A DNA stretch of 41,851 bases from Hyphochytrium catenoides. Taxonomy: Eukaryota > Protista > Hyphochytriomycota. Position numbers and translations under genes: made by a program. Each line of letters begins with the position of its first letter. Position 1 is the first letter of the stretch. This document shows positions 1 to 11,018 of this stretch, piece after piece. The stretch spans positions 1 through 41,851 of the forward strand of contig FLMG01003376.1 in the NCBI GenBank assembly GCA_900088475.1. The letters run 5' to 3'. The notes under the pieces were generated by a model that was not told the DNA's origin, searched no databases, and worked only from the letters and a program-made list of their open reading frames with translations.

Positions 1-323
1 TGATCCTTCTCTTCCTTCTCCTTTTGCCTCTCTTCTCTCCCTTCAATTCCTTGTCCTGCTGCTGAATCTGACCCTTGTTTGGCGGCACCTGCCAGCTCTC
101 TTGCGATGCCTGGGTCACTGCCGATCCCGCTGTGGATTCCTATTGGTGGCCTACCTGGCTTGTTACTCTGATTCTTTCTGTCGAGAGTTTTGAATTTCTT
201 TGTCTTTTGTCTGTTTGTGGAACTGTTTAGCTTGTGTCAGGTGTCGCGATCTCTGCCTCGCGTTCCTCTCTCTTCCGCCCGGCTCTCTCTCACTCTTTTC
301 TCTCTCTCTCTCGCTCTTTGCAG

Positions 324-1105
324 TTCGTGCCTTTGATGCTGTGACCGACTTCATTATGCAAACAAGGAAGAGTAAGTACTCTGTCTATTCTGCCCTTTCT
401 CGAAGATGTAGGTCTTCCGTAGTGACCAACCCTTCCAAAGGCTGGCATGCCCCCGCTCCGTCTCGCGTCTTTTCTGTGCAAATGCCGTAGATTCTTGTCG
501 AATTTCTTTCTGTCTAGCCTGGTGCCTCAATCGTACTCTCTACAACGTTGGTCGCCTTAGTCCTGTCTAGCTGGTTTATTCAAGCTCTCTTCCTGTTCCT
601 CATCTTTTCGACAGTTTCTCTCTCTTCTTTCCTGGTGGCAGGCGCTAGCAAGCGTGGCTGGACTTCCTGGCTAGCCGCAGCTGTCGATTTGCGGGTCGTG
701 GGCGTTATTCCTGTCGTCATGGATGAGCTGAACCTTAGGAAGAACCTCAAGCACCACTTTCAGGTCTGGCACAGCCGGTCCTTCCTCTCTCTTTGCAATC
801 CCTCTCCCTCCTCTTACTCTTCTTCCCGTGCAATGTCACCTCTTCTCCTCTCCGTCTGCCCCAGTTCTGCAGTCGCTTTATCTCTTTCCGCCGCCAAGCT
901 CCTTCCGTTGCCGCAATGCCACTCTCTCTCTTCCTAGCGCTGACGCTATCTTCTGTGTTCTCCTTTCCTTTCCTTACCTTCTAGGCGTATGGCGGCTGGA
1001 GCTTCGCTTTTACGCCATACTGGGAGCTAAATCTTACTAAACATCTTGACGGTATGACAAACCGCCACGGTATCCAACTCTTGGCCCCGCCTGTCTACTG
1101 TGCCC

Positions 1106-1155
<50 letters not shown>

Positions 1156-1811
1156 GCTTCTTCCTCCTAATATTGAGACTTGCTACTGCTAGTATTTCTA
1201 TCTCTTCTTCCATCGTTTTCTGATGGTGCGGCTGGTGCTTGAGAGAAATACCTCGTCGAGGTCTCGTCTACTCACTCTTATTCTCTTTCGTTCTTTCTCT
1301 TTCTCTGCACTAGATCCTGAGATGGATGCCCTAGCTGATCTGGTGGATCCCTTCAGTTATCGTAAGGCCGCGGCATGTCTACATAGATCGTTGCGCACGC
1401 TTCATCTCTCTGCCTTCGTTCTCTTTCTGTGCGCCACTTCCGCCCTTATTCCTGTCATCTTTCTCTCTCTCTGTCACGCTATACCTAAAGGCCCACAGGA
1501 TGTCTGTTTCTCCTTTTTCTTTCTCTGTTCTTAGGGGAACGTTTGTCCATTCCCAAGGTAAAAAGCTTGCTTCCCCACTATCTGTGCGCCTTCTTATCTT
1601 TGCTTAGGTTTCTCTGTTTCACTTATAATGCTTTGCCTTGTCCTCGCAGGAAAGATTCGTGTCTCCTTACCGCCCCGCTCTTCGTTCCATCGATTCCTCT
1701 TCGTATGTGGCCTCTCTCCCTTAACTCGTGTGATCGCTCTTCATTTATTATGGTCATGGCCCTGTGAGAGCTGACTTCATGCTCCTCCCTTTGTCTCTCT
1801 TTCTCTTCTCT

Positions 1812-1864
<53 letters not shown>

Positions 1865-4140
1865 GGGGCACACACAAATCTTCTCTGTCTCCTCCTCTCT
1901 CACCCCTTCCACTTTTGTAGTTGGTGATGTCAGCTACAGGCGACGAGTTCTTTCTTCCTGATGACTGGGCATACTTCTGGAGCAAACTGCAAGGATTCAA
2001 AGGCCTTCTGATGATTCCGAATAGCGAGCATTCCTTGGTCTGGAAGCCGCCTTCTTCCTCTCACAGTTTCCTCTTTTCCTGTGGCAACTCTACTGTCTAT
2101 GTGTCTCTTTCTGTCACTCTTCCTTCTTCCTCCCTCTTATTGGCGGTCTCGTCTTTCCTCTCCTACTTCCTCTTCTCTCTCTCTCTCATACCAACCTCTT
2201 CCGCTCTCCCTTGCTCTCACTGCCCTGACTTCTTACGAATAACTCCATCCACCCTTTGGGACGCTATCCTTTGTGCCATTGAACCAGACTCCACTCTCTC
2301 TTCCCTTGTCGGTATCGACTCTTGCTTCTAGTGATGATACTCGCCCTCGTCAACCTTCCTCTCTCTCTGCCCTATGATGTCAGCGACATCTATACTGACC
2401 ATACGCCTCTTTCCTCATTCATAACTTTGCTCTCTATTTTCTTGCTCTTTTGTCCCCTCTCTCTCTCCCCTCGCTCTCTACCTCTCTTGCGCTCTCTCTC
2501 CTTCTCACCACACTCTCTGAAATGCTTCCCTTAGATCACAGGCTTCACAGAGGCAATTCCGTCTGTTGCTGCCTTCATCGGAGGCGTGGCGGCGGGCGGG
2601 CTTCCAGAGCTAGCTTGGAACATATCTGCGGGAGGGACTATCATGATGAGGACTAACACACATCCAGAGGTACGAGCCCGCCGGCCCTTGGCGGTCAATG
2701 CTTTTCCTTTTTCTTGGCTCTCTCTCTCTTCCTCCCTCGCTCTTTTCCTCATCTCCCTTTGCTGTTTCTCTCTCTCTCTCTCTCTCTCACTTTGTGCCTT
2801 CCTCCTCCTTGCTTTGTGTCTTGTTCCTCAAAGATTATCACCCTCTTGGTCGTCTCTCTCACTGCATCCCAAACTTCTCCTTGTCGCTGTCAGCTTCTTT
2901 CTTCGCCGCCTCATCGGCTTGGCGGCTGGTCAAACTGCTCTTCTCGTACCAGTGTCACCTAGCTTTGGACTCTCTGTTCTCTGATACAATCATTCTCACT
3001 CTCTCTCTCTCTTTCTCTCCCTCTCTCTCTCTCTCCCCTTCTGTGTATGTGCCTCTGGGTTTTCTTTCTGTAGCGAGCGCTAGTTTGGAAGGGCCATTCC
3101 TGCAATTCCAAGAGAAGAGACTTCCGAGCTCTCTTTCTTCCTTCCTCAGCCTTTCCTCTGGGCTGCGGCTGGTGCGGCGTCCCTTTCCCTCCTAAACCTC
3201 ATCTCTGTCTCAACACGGTCAGCCGATGGAGCTCTAAGGTAAAGGAAATAGCTACAAAATCGTGAAAGGGACAGGGCTGACTTCAAAGTGGTGAAGAAGA
3301 GAGGGAGACAAGGAACAGAGAGGGGAGAGAGGACAAGTGACGGTGAAAGAAATAGTGACAGAGAGAGAAGGAATGTAGAAAACGGAATTGTGACTATTTT
3401 GGGGGTCCTGTCCTCTTCTCCGTGCCTCTCTTATCTTTAACTGCTGCCACTCCTTATCCTCTCTCCTTTTTTTTTTCTCTCTCTCTCTCTCTTTTCTCTT
3501 ACACTCTTTGTCACTTGGGCTGCAGACACTGGACCCAATGTCCTTTCCTCCGGTGTCGGGGGTCCCTTATGTCTCTTCTTCTTTGTTGGAGCGGTGGGTG
3601 GTCTATCAGGCAGAGGAGAAGGAGGAGAGAGGACGATGGGTTGGCTACTTTATCGACCTCACCTTTCCTCTCAACGAGAGCAAAGGCGTAGACACCTCGT
3701 ATGAGTTTCTTCTCGGAGGAAGAGGTACAGTCTCAATCTCTCTCTCTTTCTTCCCAATGCTCCCTTGTTTTTGGACCCTGAACCCTGGTGTTTTATCTCC
3801 TGACTCCGTTTCTCTCGTGCTCTGAGTTCTCTTTTGGATTGTGCAACCATCATATCTCTCTCTCTCTCTCTTCCGTCCCAGCTCTTTCCCATCTCCATGG
3901 AGTTCCGATGTCACTCTGGTTCATTTTTCCTCAACGCGCTAAGGCGGCTTAGTAACTTGCCCGGCGTTTCCCGCGCTCGCTCGCTCTCTTTTGACTGGGC
4001 TCGTCTCTCTCTCTCTCCGTGCATCTCTCTCCTCCCGTCTTACAGGCGCCCTCCGCTTCACCTCTGGAGTGGCGATCCGCCCTCGTTCATTCCCCTATCC
4101 TCCCTGTCAAGGGGAAGCCTGTTACGGCCGACTCGTCTAA
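324..4140 (+). CDS. PhoPQ-activated pathogenicity-related (PqaA) / AprA-like alpha/beta-hydrolase family protein, 5'-partial
   Basis: Phase-consistent exons 324-371, 615-763, 985-1051, 1314-1361, 1535-1557, 1921-2037, 2535-2669, 3074-3238, 3526-3724, 4046-4140. Family motifs: VRAFDAV, FLVAGASKRGWTSWLAAAVDLRV, YGGWSFAF, VDPFSY, ATGDEFFLPDD, IPNSEHSL, RRDFR and C-terminal FPYPPCQGEACYGRLV*. The N-terminus lies upstream of the window. Confidence 0.9.
1109..1152 (+). repeat. (CT)n microsatellite, representative of many intronic tracts
   Basis: About 21 perfect units. Similar tracts at 1816-1862 and 9026-9092, and flanking most N gaps. Confidence 0.95.
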
Positions 4141-4475
4141 GAATAAGGGTAGAAGCAGGATGAAGGAAGAAAGAGGATGTTCCTTATTATTTCGGTCAAT
4201 GTGCTACATCCCTTGTGTCTCGCAGCGCCTCTCTCTCTCTCTCTGTGTCCTCTGGTGTTCCTTTCTCTTTCTTTTCTACCTCCCATGCGTCCTCTCTCTT
4301 CTTCTTCCGCTCATCAATCACTGTTCTCAGTCAAACGTTTTGGCTCAAAGATGTCTGTTGAATGTTTCTTCATTACTACGCTCAACTCTATGGGGAAGAG
4401 ACCACTCGAAGACTTATCACACACTTTCTCTCTCTCCTCTCTCTCCTCTCTCTCTTTTCTCTACCATAGTGGTAG

Positions 4476-7400
4476 CTATCGCCTGTACCGGTGCGGGGGA
4501 GGAGAGACTCTTCTTCTCATATCTCTTGGGTTAGAATATCTCTCTCTTGAGGAGGAAGGCCGACGGTGGTACCCTCCTCGCCCGCCTCCACTCTGTCTTC
4601 CAGTGGAAGCGGAGCGGCTGGGCGGGTAGTGATGATGTGAAGGAGGAGGAGGAGGAGCGTTGCGATGGCCTTTTCGACGTGGAGAGGAGCTGCCATATCT
4701 TCGAGGGGGAGGAGGCCTTTCGCCTTAGGAGAGGAGAGAGTGTTGGAGGACGGAGAGAGAGAGAGAGAGAGAGTCAAAGACACCGGCATATGAAATGCGA
4801 GGGAGAATTAGTCGATCCAAAAGACAAGAGAAAATCAAAAGACAGAGCTTCAGGAGCGGATGAACCACAAGGGTGAGCCATCTCATAAGAGTCAGAGCTT
4901 AAGAGAGTAATGCAGAAGAAGCTTTGTACCTCTGACGGGGCTCTTGTCTCTCTCTTCTCTCCTAAAGTTTCTCTCTCTGGGTTCCTCACTGTCATCGTAG
5001 GGGGAATCATCCCCAGCCCCATGAGTAGATATCACTTCCTCCACCGGCGGGCTATAGAGAGCAAGAAGAGATGGGAGAAATTAGTCATTAGAAAGAGCTT
5101 GTGGAGAGAGTAAGAGAGAGACACACAGAGAGAGAGTGCGACATGATATGTGGGACTGCCTTTGAAAAGGGAGATATGGACAAATAAGCTGAATGGCTTG
5201 CTTCTCCCTCTGTCTGTCTGTCTTTCTCGCTCTGTGTTTGCCGTAGCATGAGCAACTTACCTATCAATTCTCTGTTCTGACTCCTGGGGAGAAGCGCCGC
5301 GCTGCTCTTGTGCTGTTGGAAGCGAAGAAGGTTCGTCTTCTGGCTCTAACTTATTGATCTCTTCTCTCTCTGTTGCTCTTTCGTCGTCTCCTTCTAGCTC
5401 AACTCCTTCCATCTCATCGACCTCGAAGTCTACCTCGTTATCCTCTACATTGTCGGTTTCCATCCGTCCCGACTTTCTTCCTTGAACAGAAGAGGAAGAA
5501 GAGAGACGAGGCCGTCTCTCTGTTTGGTCTCTACTCTCTCTAGAGGGAGAAAGACGCGCCTTCTCTTTCACGTCTGGGTCTTGGTCGGGTTCAATACCGG
5601 TTTCTCTCTTTGTTATCCTATAGTCTTCTTCCCGATCTTGGCTTCTCCTAACCTCTGCCTCTGGCTCGTGAGGAAGAGGAGAGACGGGACTTTGCTCATC
5701 TTCTCTCTTCGGCAGCCGAGGAGGAGAGGGCAGGGATGGAGCTGAAGGCTCAGGTCCGTTCTCGCTTCGTCTTCTTTTGGCAGGATAGTGTGCTGGGCTT
5801 TGAGACCTGGAGCGGCCTCTTCGAGAAGGAGGGAGAGAACCAGCAGGGAGAGAATGTGAATGAGGAGGCGCTCGTGGGCGCTCTCTCGAACGTGAGCGCG
5901 GCTCCTCTCTCCTTCCAGGCTGGCCCATTTCTCTCTCTCTTCCCCTTCGAGCATCTTCTTCTCTCTCCCTCTCGTATCCTCGAGGTGCCCCCTGCCAGTA
6001 TTGCGGTGGAGGCGGAGATCGTCTCTCTCCTGCTATTCTTCTCTCTTGGCCTGCTCTCCGTCTATCCTCTCCTCTTGAGCCTCTGCCGAAAGGAGAGGGA
6101 GAAGGAGAAGACTCTCGTCCTCGGACCCTTCCTACGTGGCGCGCAGGGTCTCTCTCCCTCTCCTGATACCGAGGAGGAGGAAGATGGCTCCGGGGTGACG
6201 GTGGTCTGGCAGCAAGTGGAGGCTGTTCCCGTCTCTCCCAAGAGCGAGAGCGATGGTGTGGCACCCGGGGAGGATAATCTTCTCGTCCTCTTCTTCCTCT
6301 CTCCACGTCGTTGCGTCTCTCCTCTCCTCTTCTTGGCAGCTCTTCAATAACTCCAGGCCTAGTGCTGCCCCGATGACGATCCCGCGACCTTGACCGATAG
6401 CCTTGGACAGGCCGCGGGGAACGAGGAGCCACGCCATCTCTGTGAGGCTCTCTTCCTCTCCCTTGTCCTTCTCTAGTAATCGATCCTCTCCCGTCCCTTT
6501 GTTCCCTCCTACTCTGTGCGTTCAAGTTGTCGTTTGAAGGGAACGGCAAGGCTTCTGTTCCTCCTTTTCTAACCTCTTCTCTCCTTACGTGACCCCCTGG
6601 TCCTTCAATGATGGAGGCTGGTCGAGGTAACAAGCCCTTTCTGTCCGCGTCTAACACTTCCCGTTCTTTCTCCTCTGCTCGTCCTTGATCGCGTGGCTCT
6701 CCCAGCTCGTCCAACCCAGAAGCATGAGGGCCGGCCAGGGAGGAGTCTTCCCAATCATCTGACAGGAGAAGCCCCATAAGAGCGCGGACCAAAGAGAGGA
6801 TAAAAGGTCGTGGCTAGAATGAATGACCTCTAGCGCCGAAGAACAGGCTGACAAAGGGAAGGAGATAATTTTCCCTGGAGATCTAAAGCAGCACGGTGTT
6901 ACCTTCCGACTCACGCAGGGCAGGCATCTGCGGAACCTTGTCATAGCTTGAGTCTGGGGAACCCTTGCTTTCTTCATCTCTACGTGCCTCTCTTTCCTCT
7001 CCTTCAACTCTGTCTTCATGGTCTGTGCGCTCCTCACTCTGCGTGACCACCTCAGACACCATACTTTCCCTAGTGGCCAAAGGCGCAGCTGCAGAGGTTG
7101 CCAGAAGAGGATTTGCATCCTCTCTCGTCCGAGATAACTCGACCCGCAAAGGTACATTTTTGCCGACAACCAGCTTATCGAGGGCATGCACGGCCTCTGC
7201 AGCATCACAGAAAAAGAAGGGAAGAGAGAGAGAGGAAGTTAGCCAGCCATCGGGAAAGTGCAGGACAGAGTTATAAAAGAAGAAGGAGGGCGGCCAAAAA
7301 TCTTTGACCCTCTAAGTCGAGCTGGATAGAGCCGACGCTGTAGAGGGACCATATGAGGAGGAAGGAGAGTGGCAGTGCAGGAGGTAGGAAAGAATGAACG

Positions 7401-9026
7401 ACAGACAGGCTAGAAAAGGCTAGAGACAGCGACATTCTCTTTTTTACCTTCTGCTATCTGCTTACTCCGAAAGCCCAGAACCATAATCCGATCCTCAGGC
7501 GCCCAAAGCAGCTCTCTGTAGCTGTCGATCCTATGGTCATATTATTCAACGACAATCAGGAATTGGTCTAAAAGAGTGTGGGCCAAAGGCGCGGCAAGGA
7601 GCAATGAAGAAATCTTCTACGGTTGACCAGGACGGACGAGAACACAGCGGCAAGAGTGCTCTCTCCGATTGTTCACAGCCAAGATGACCAGTGAGACAAA
7701 GTGTTGCTAGCGAAGGAAAATGAAGAGGAAGAGCCGACGAAGAACATGACAAGGGTAACATAAGATGGGGAACACAAAGAGAGAGAAGGAAAGAGAGAGA
7801 AAGAGAGAGAGACCGCTAGACCGACAAAGGAAGAGACAGAGGAGAGATGAGAGTTAGGAGTGAAAGAGAAACATAAGATGTACCGCACCTTAAAGCTCTG
7901 GTTAGGACTTCCTTCCTTGTGGCCTCACTGGCCACCCGCCGGACCTCAACCTTACTGTCTGTTCCAACCTCCTCCTCGGGAAGAAGCTGCTCTCTGTTGC
8001 CCTCTCTTCTTTCCTGCTCTTCTCTCTCGGGCTCTACCTGATATATTCTCACCTCTTCCTCTTTTAAGGCATTCTTCTCTATTTCTAGAGTGGGAGCCTC
8101 TACCCTCCCCATCGACGAAGTGCCAGCCCGAGGAGAGGGCCGTGTTGCTCTCTGTGCCGAAAGAGGGAGGGACAGCTGACTTGGAAGGGGCTTATCCCCA
8201 ATAAGGCCCGATGCTTCTTTCTTCTTTTCTCCTTTCTCTCCCTTAGGCCCATTATCGTAGCATACATAGAGCTTCTGCCCGTTGAGAACAACTCCTTTAG
8301 TATCCTTGACAGCTGCTGCGGCTTCAACGACCTTGTGAAAGGTGATAGAAAGCCTCCCCGGCTCCTGTTGATCTCCATTGCTTTCCAGCTTCTCGGTAAC
8401 AGGAATGAGCGCGGAGTCTTCTATAGTCCCATACTTGGCCATCTGACGTACAACCTCCTGGAAGACCCAAAAGAAAAAGAAGTTTAGACCTTGGTCTCTG
8501 ACTTGCTCTGAGCATGTCCGGCCTCTCACGATGTTCTTGTTCTCTTTGGCGTCCTTCTTTTGGAATCCTCTCTCTCTCTTTAATCTTCTTATGAACCTTG
8601 CGGATTCTTACCTCTTGGTCTTCCTTTCGACATGGCTCTACCAGGACTTTTTTGCACGAGGGTCCGAAAGAGAAGTTCACATTCACTTTCCTGTTCAAAA
8701 GAGTGAAGTCCTTGAGCTCAGACACTGCACGCCTGGCCTCCTCCTTTGTCCGATAAGAGACAAAAGCATAACAACTGGTGCGCCGTTGTCCTTTCCCTAA
8801 TAAATACATGTGCAGCGAGAGGAGATTCAGAACGAGGCACAGGGAAAGAACTGACCAGAGGAGAACCGTAAAGCTAGAGAGCTATACCATGGACCATAAA
8901 ATTGAAGCAGAAAGGGACAGAACGTTGTCAGAGCCGCGCGCTAGGTGTAGGAGGTAGCCGCAGCTTGAGAAACATTTGGAGCTGAGTAAAGTTTATTCAG
9001 GAGAAGGCGAGCAAAGGCCCTGGAGT

Positions 9027-9059
<33 letters not shown>

Positions 9060-10903
9060 AGAGAGAGAGAGAGAGCGTGCGCGCGAGAGAGAGAGGTGCG
9101 AAGGGCGTAAAGGGACAGTACAAGCTAAGCTGGGACAATTCAAGGACGACAGTCCGCAGGCAGCAGGATACCTTTGCCTCCTATCTGCTTCTTCAGCACT
9201 TGGACATCCTTCGCCGTGACATGACCATATTTGTTTAGAGTTGGGAGAAGATCTTTGGCGGTAGCGTCTCCAGGAAGAAGGCTAAGGAAGACAAAGCGCG
9301 TGGGTCTGGACGGCTCTTCAAGCTCTTTTTTACCGTTATCTGATGCCTCCTCTTTGACCTTCTTCTCAGGTCCTTTGGTCGTCTTTTCTCCGCCTGTTTC
9401 TCCCCTGGATAATGCCTGGTTTCCTTCAGGCCCAGGTCCCGGGCCCGGTAGCTTCGGGCGCTGGCTGGCATCTTCTTGTTTCTCGTTTTTGGCAGGAGGA
9501 CTCGGAAGGGGCTGCCTTTGCTGGGTACTCTTAGGTTCTGCTGGCTTCTGCGCCGTTGCTGGGGGAGGCTTGGCTGGGGGAGTGGCCACCGTGGTGAGGA
9601 GCGCCCGAAGAGAGCGCTCAATCGCCCTTGACTTCTCTTCTTTTAAGTGTGACGCCGCTATTGCTTTTACCTGAGCAGCCACAGAGCAAACACAGTCAGT
9701 CACATGAGGGGACTAATGAGCGAGAGAGAGCATCGAGCCGTCGAGACAATGAATGGAATGGCTTCGCTGACGACAAGTCCTTAGAAGTAGCCTGATCGAG
9801 CACAGAAGACGTATCCGCAGGAAAGGAGCGATACCAAGAAGCGTGAGTGCAGGGAGCGAGAGAGAGAGATAGCCTGATCGAGCACAGAAGACGTATCCGC
9901 AGGAAAGGAGAGATACCAAGAAGCGTGAGTGCAGGGAGCGAGAGAGAGAGAGAAAAAGAAGTGTAGGGGGAAGGAAGATGGTCAGGATGGAGAAACAGGT
10001 AAACGCCTGATACCTTGTCCCTGACATCATTCCCTGCTGCTGGTTCTCTGATCAGTGCAGTGATGGCTCGAATGGAATGTACGCGGATTGCTTGGTCATG
10101 CTCAGGACTAGCAAACTTCAGCAGGGCATCCACACTCTCAGAGATGTGCTCCGGGAACAAGGATATATGCTAATGTAGGAGAACGATCGCTTAGCGTGAG
10201 ACAGCGGACAAGAGAAAGAGCATAATGAGGGAGAACGTGGAAGTGTAGCAGTCCTGGAGGTCGGAGTAAAAAGGTGTATCTATAGAAGAGAAAGGGAGAG
10301 AGACTAAGAGAGGGCAAGAAAGAGACAGAGCGCATTGAAGCTAAGATAATAGCTTGGTCTCGGTGTTCTATCAGACAGATGCGAATAAAATAGTCTAGAG
10401 GAAGGTAGGTAGAGAGATGAGTGTCTTCTGAAGAGGACAAAACATTGCTGCTGGGCACTGAAGAAAGGCTGTAAGACCTTCGTAAGGATCTGTGAGGCTA
10501 CTCCGATGGTCCGGACATTGCTCTTGGCATCTATGTAGGGAAAGTAGTTAGAAAACTACGGAGCCTGACACCTTTTGTGACACTCCTGAGAAATAAGCAA
10601 GAACTGCTGAACGACATACGGAGAAGGAGCGAGAGAGAGAAATGCGGCGAGAGATGGAGCGAGAGAGGAGATAATGGAGAAAAGACTGATCCCTTCACTC
10701 GCCTTACCGACTGCATTGAGTGTGGATAATATTCTGCTAAATGCCTTGGCATGTTCTTGCCCGATCGTGCCTCCTTTCGGTCTTGATAGTGCTGTGTCTA
10801 TGGAATATAGCACGGTGATGGGATCTGCTAGATACCAAGCGGTGCGATGCATGCAGCCAATCCGAGAGGAGCAGTTCTTAGAGACGAGGAGGGAGTAACC
10901 CAT
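4476..10903 (-). CDS. ~1276-aa protein: API5-like helical N-terminus, three RRM-like domains, long RS/RE/P-rich tail (putative RNA-processing factor)
   Basis: Phase-consistent exons 10903-10900 (or in-frame read-through), 10827-10708, 10530-10478, 10169-10014, 9670-9172, 8796-8612, 8457-7889, 7530-7448, 7196-6903, 6758-5261, 5051-4930, 4723-4476. RRM1 has FVFLSLLP...CYAFVSYRTKEEARRAVSELKDFTLLNRKVNVNFS. The tail has RSRSRDR, RSRSWER, RGRSRSQSP and ends RRRVSPPPHRYRR*. Confidence 0.8.
9788..9951. repeat. Two near-identical 82-bp tandem copies inside an intron
   Basis: tagcctgatcgagcacagaagacgtatccgcaggaaaggag(c/a)gataccaagaagcgtgagtgcagggagcgagagagagaga starts at 9788 and again at 9870, with one substitution. 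Confidence 0.95.
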
Positions 10904-11000
10904 GCCTTTCCTACATTAGTGCGCACCTCGACTTTCTTTTGGAGACGACATGGATCTTCGGTAGGCGTATCAGTCAGGGACAAATGGCCTTAGCAGATAG

Positions 11001-11018
11001 CGAAAATCAACTAATGAC
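11001..11018 (-). promoter_or_regulatory. Inr-FPR-like core promoter of the API5-RRM gene
   Basis: Minus strand GTCATTAGTTGATTTTCG resembles the oomycete consensus GCTCATTYBNNNWTTY, ~110 nt upstream of ATG 10903. Confidence 0.35.

Noticed and set aside
163-4629. Numerous Leu/Ser-rich or Arg/Glu-rich ORFs in the ORF track (also 24800-28975 and 41181-41660)
   Set aside because: They are translations of stop-poor CT/GA microsatellite introns; only short embedded exons are real.
9788-9951. Direct repeat as a CRISPR array or LTR
   Set aside because: Two adjacent copies with no spacer, inside a eukaryotic intron, with no cas or retroelement genes.
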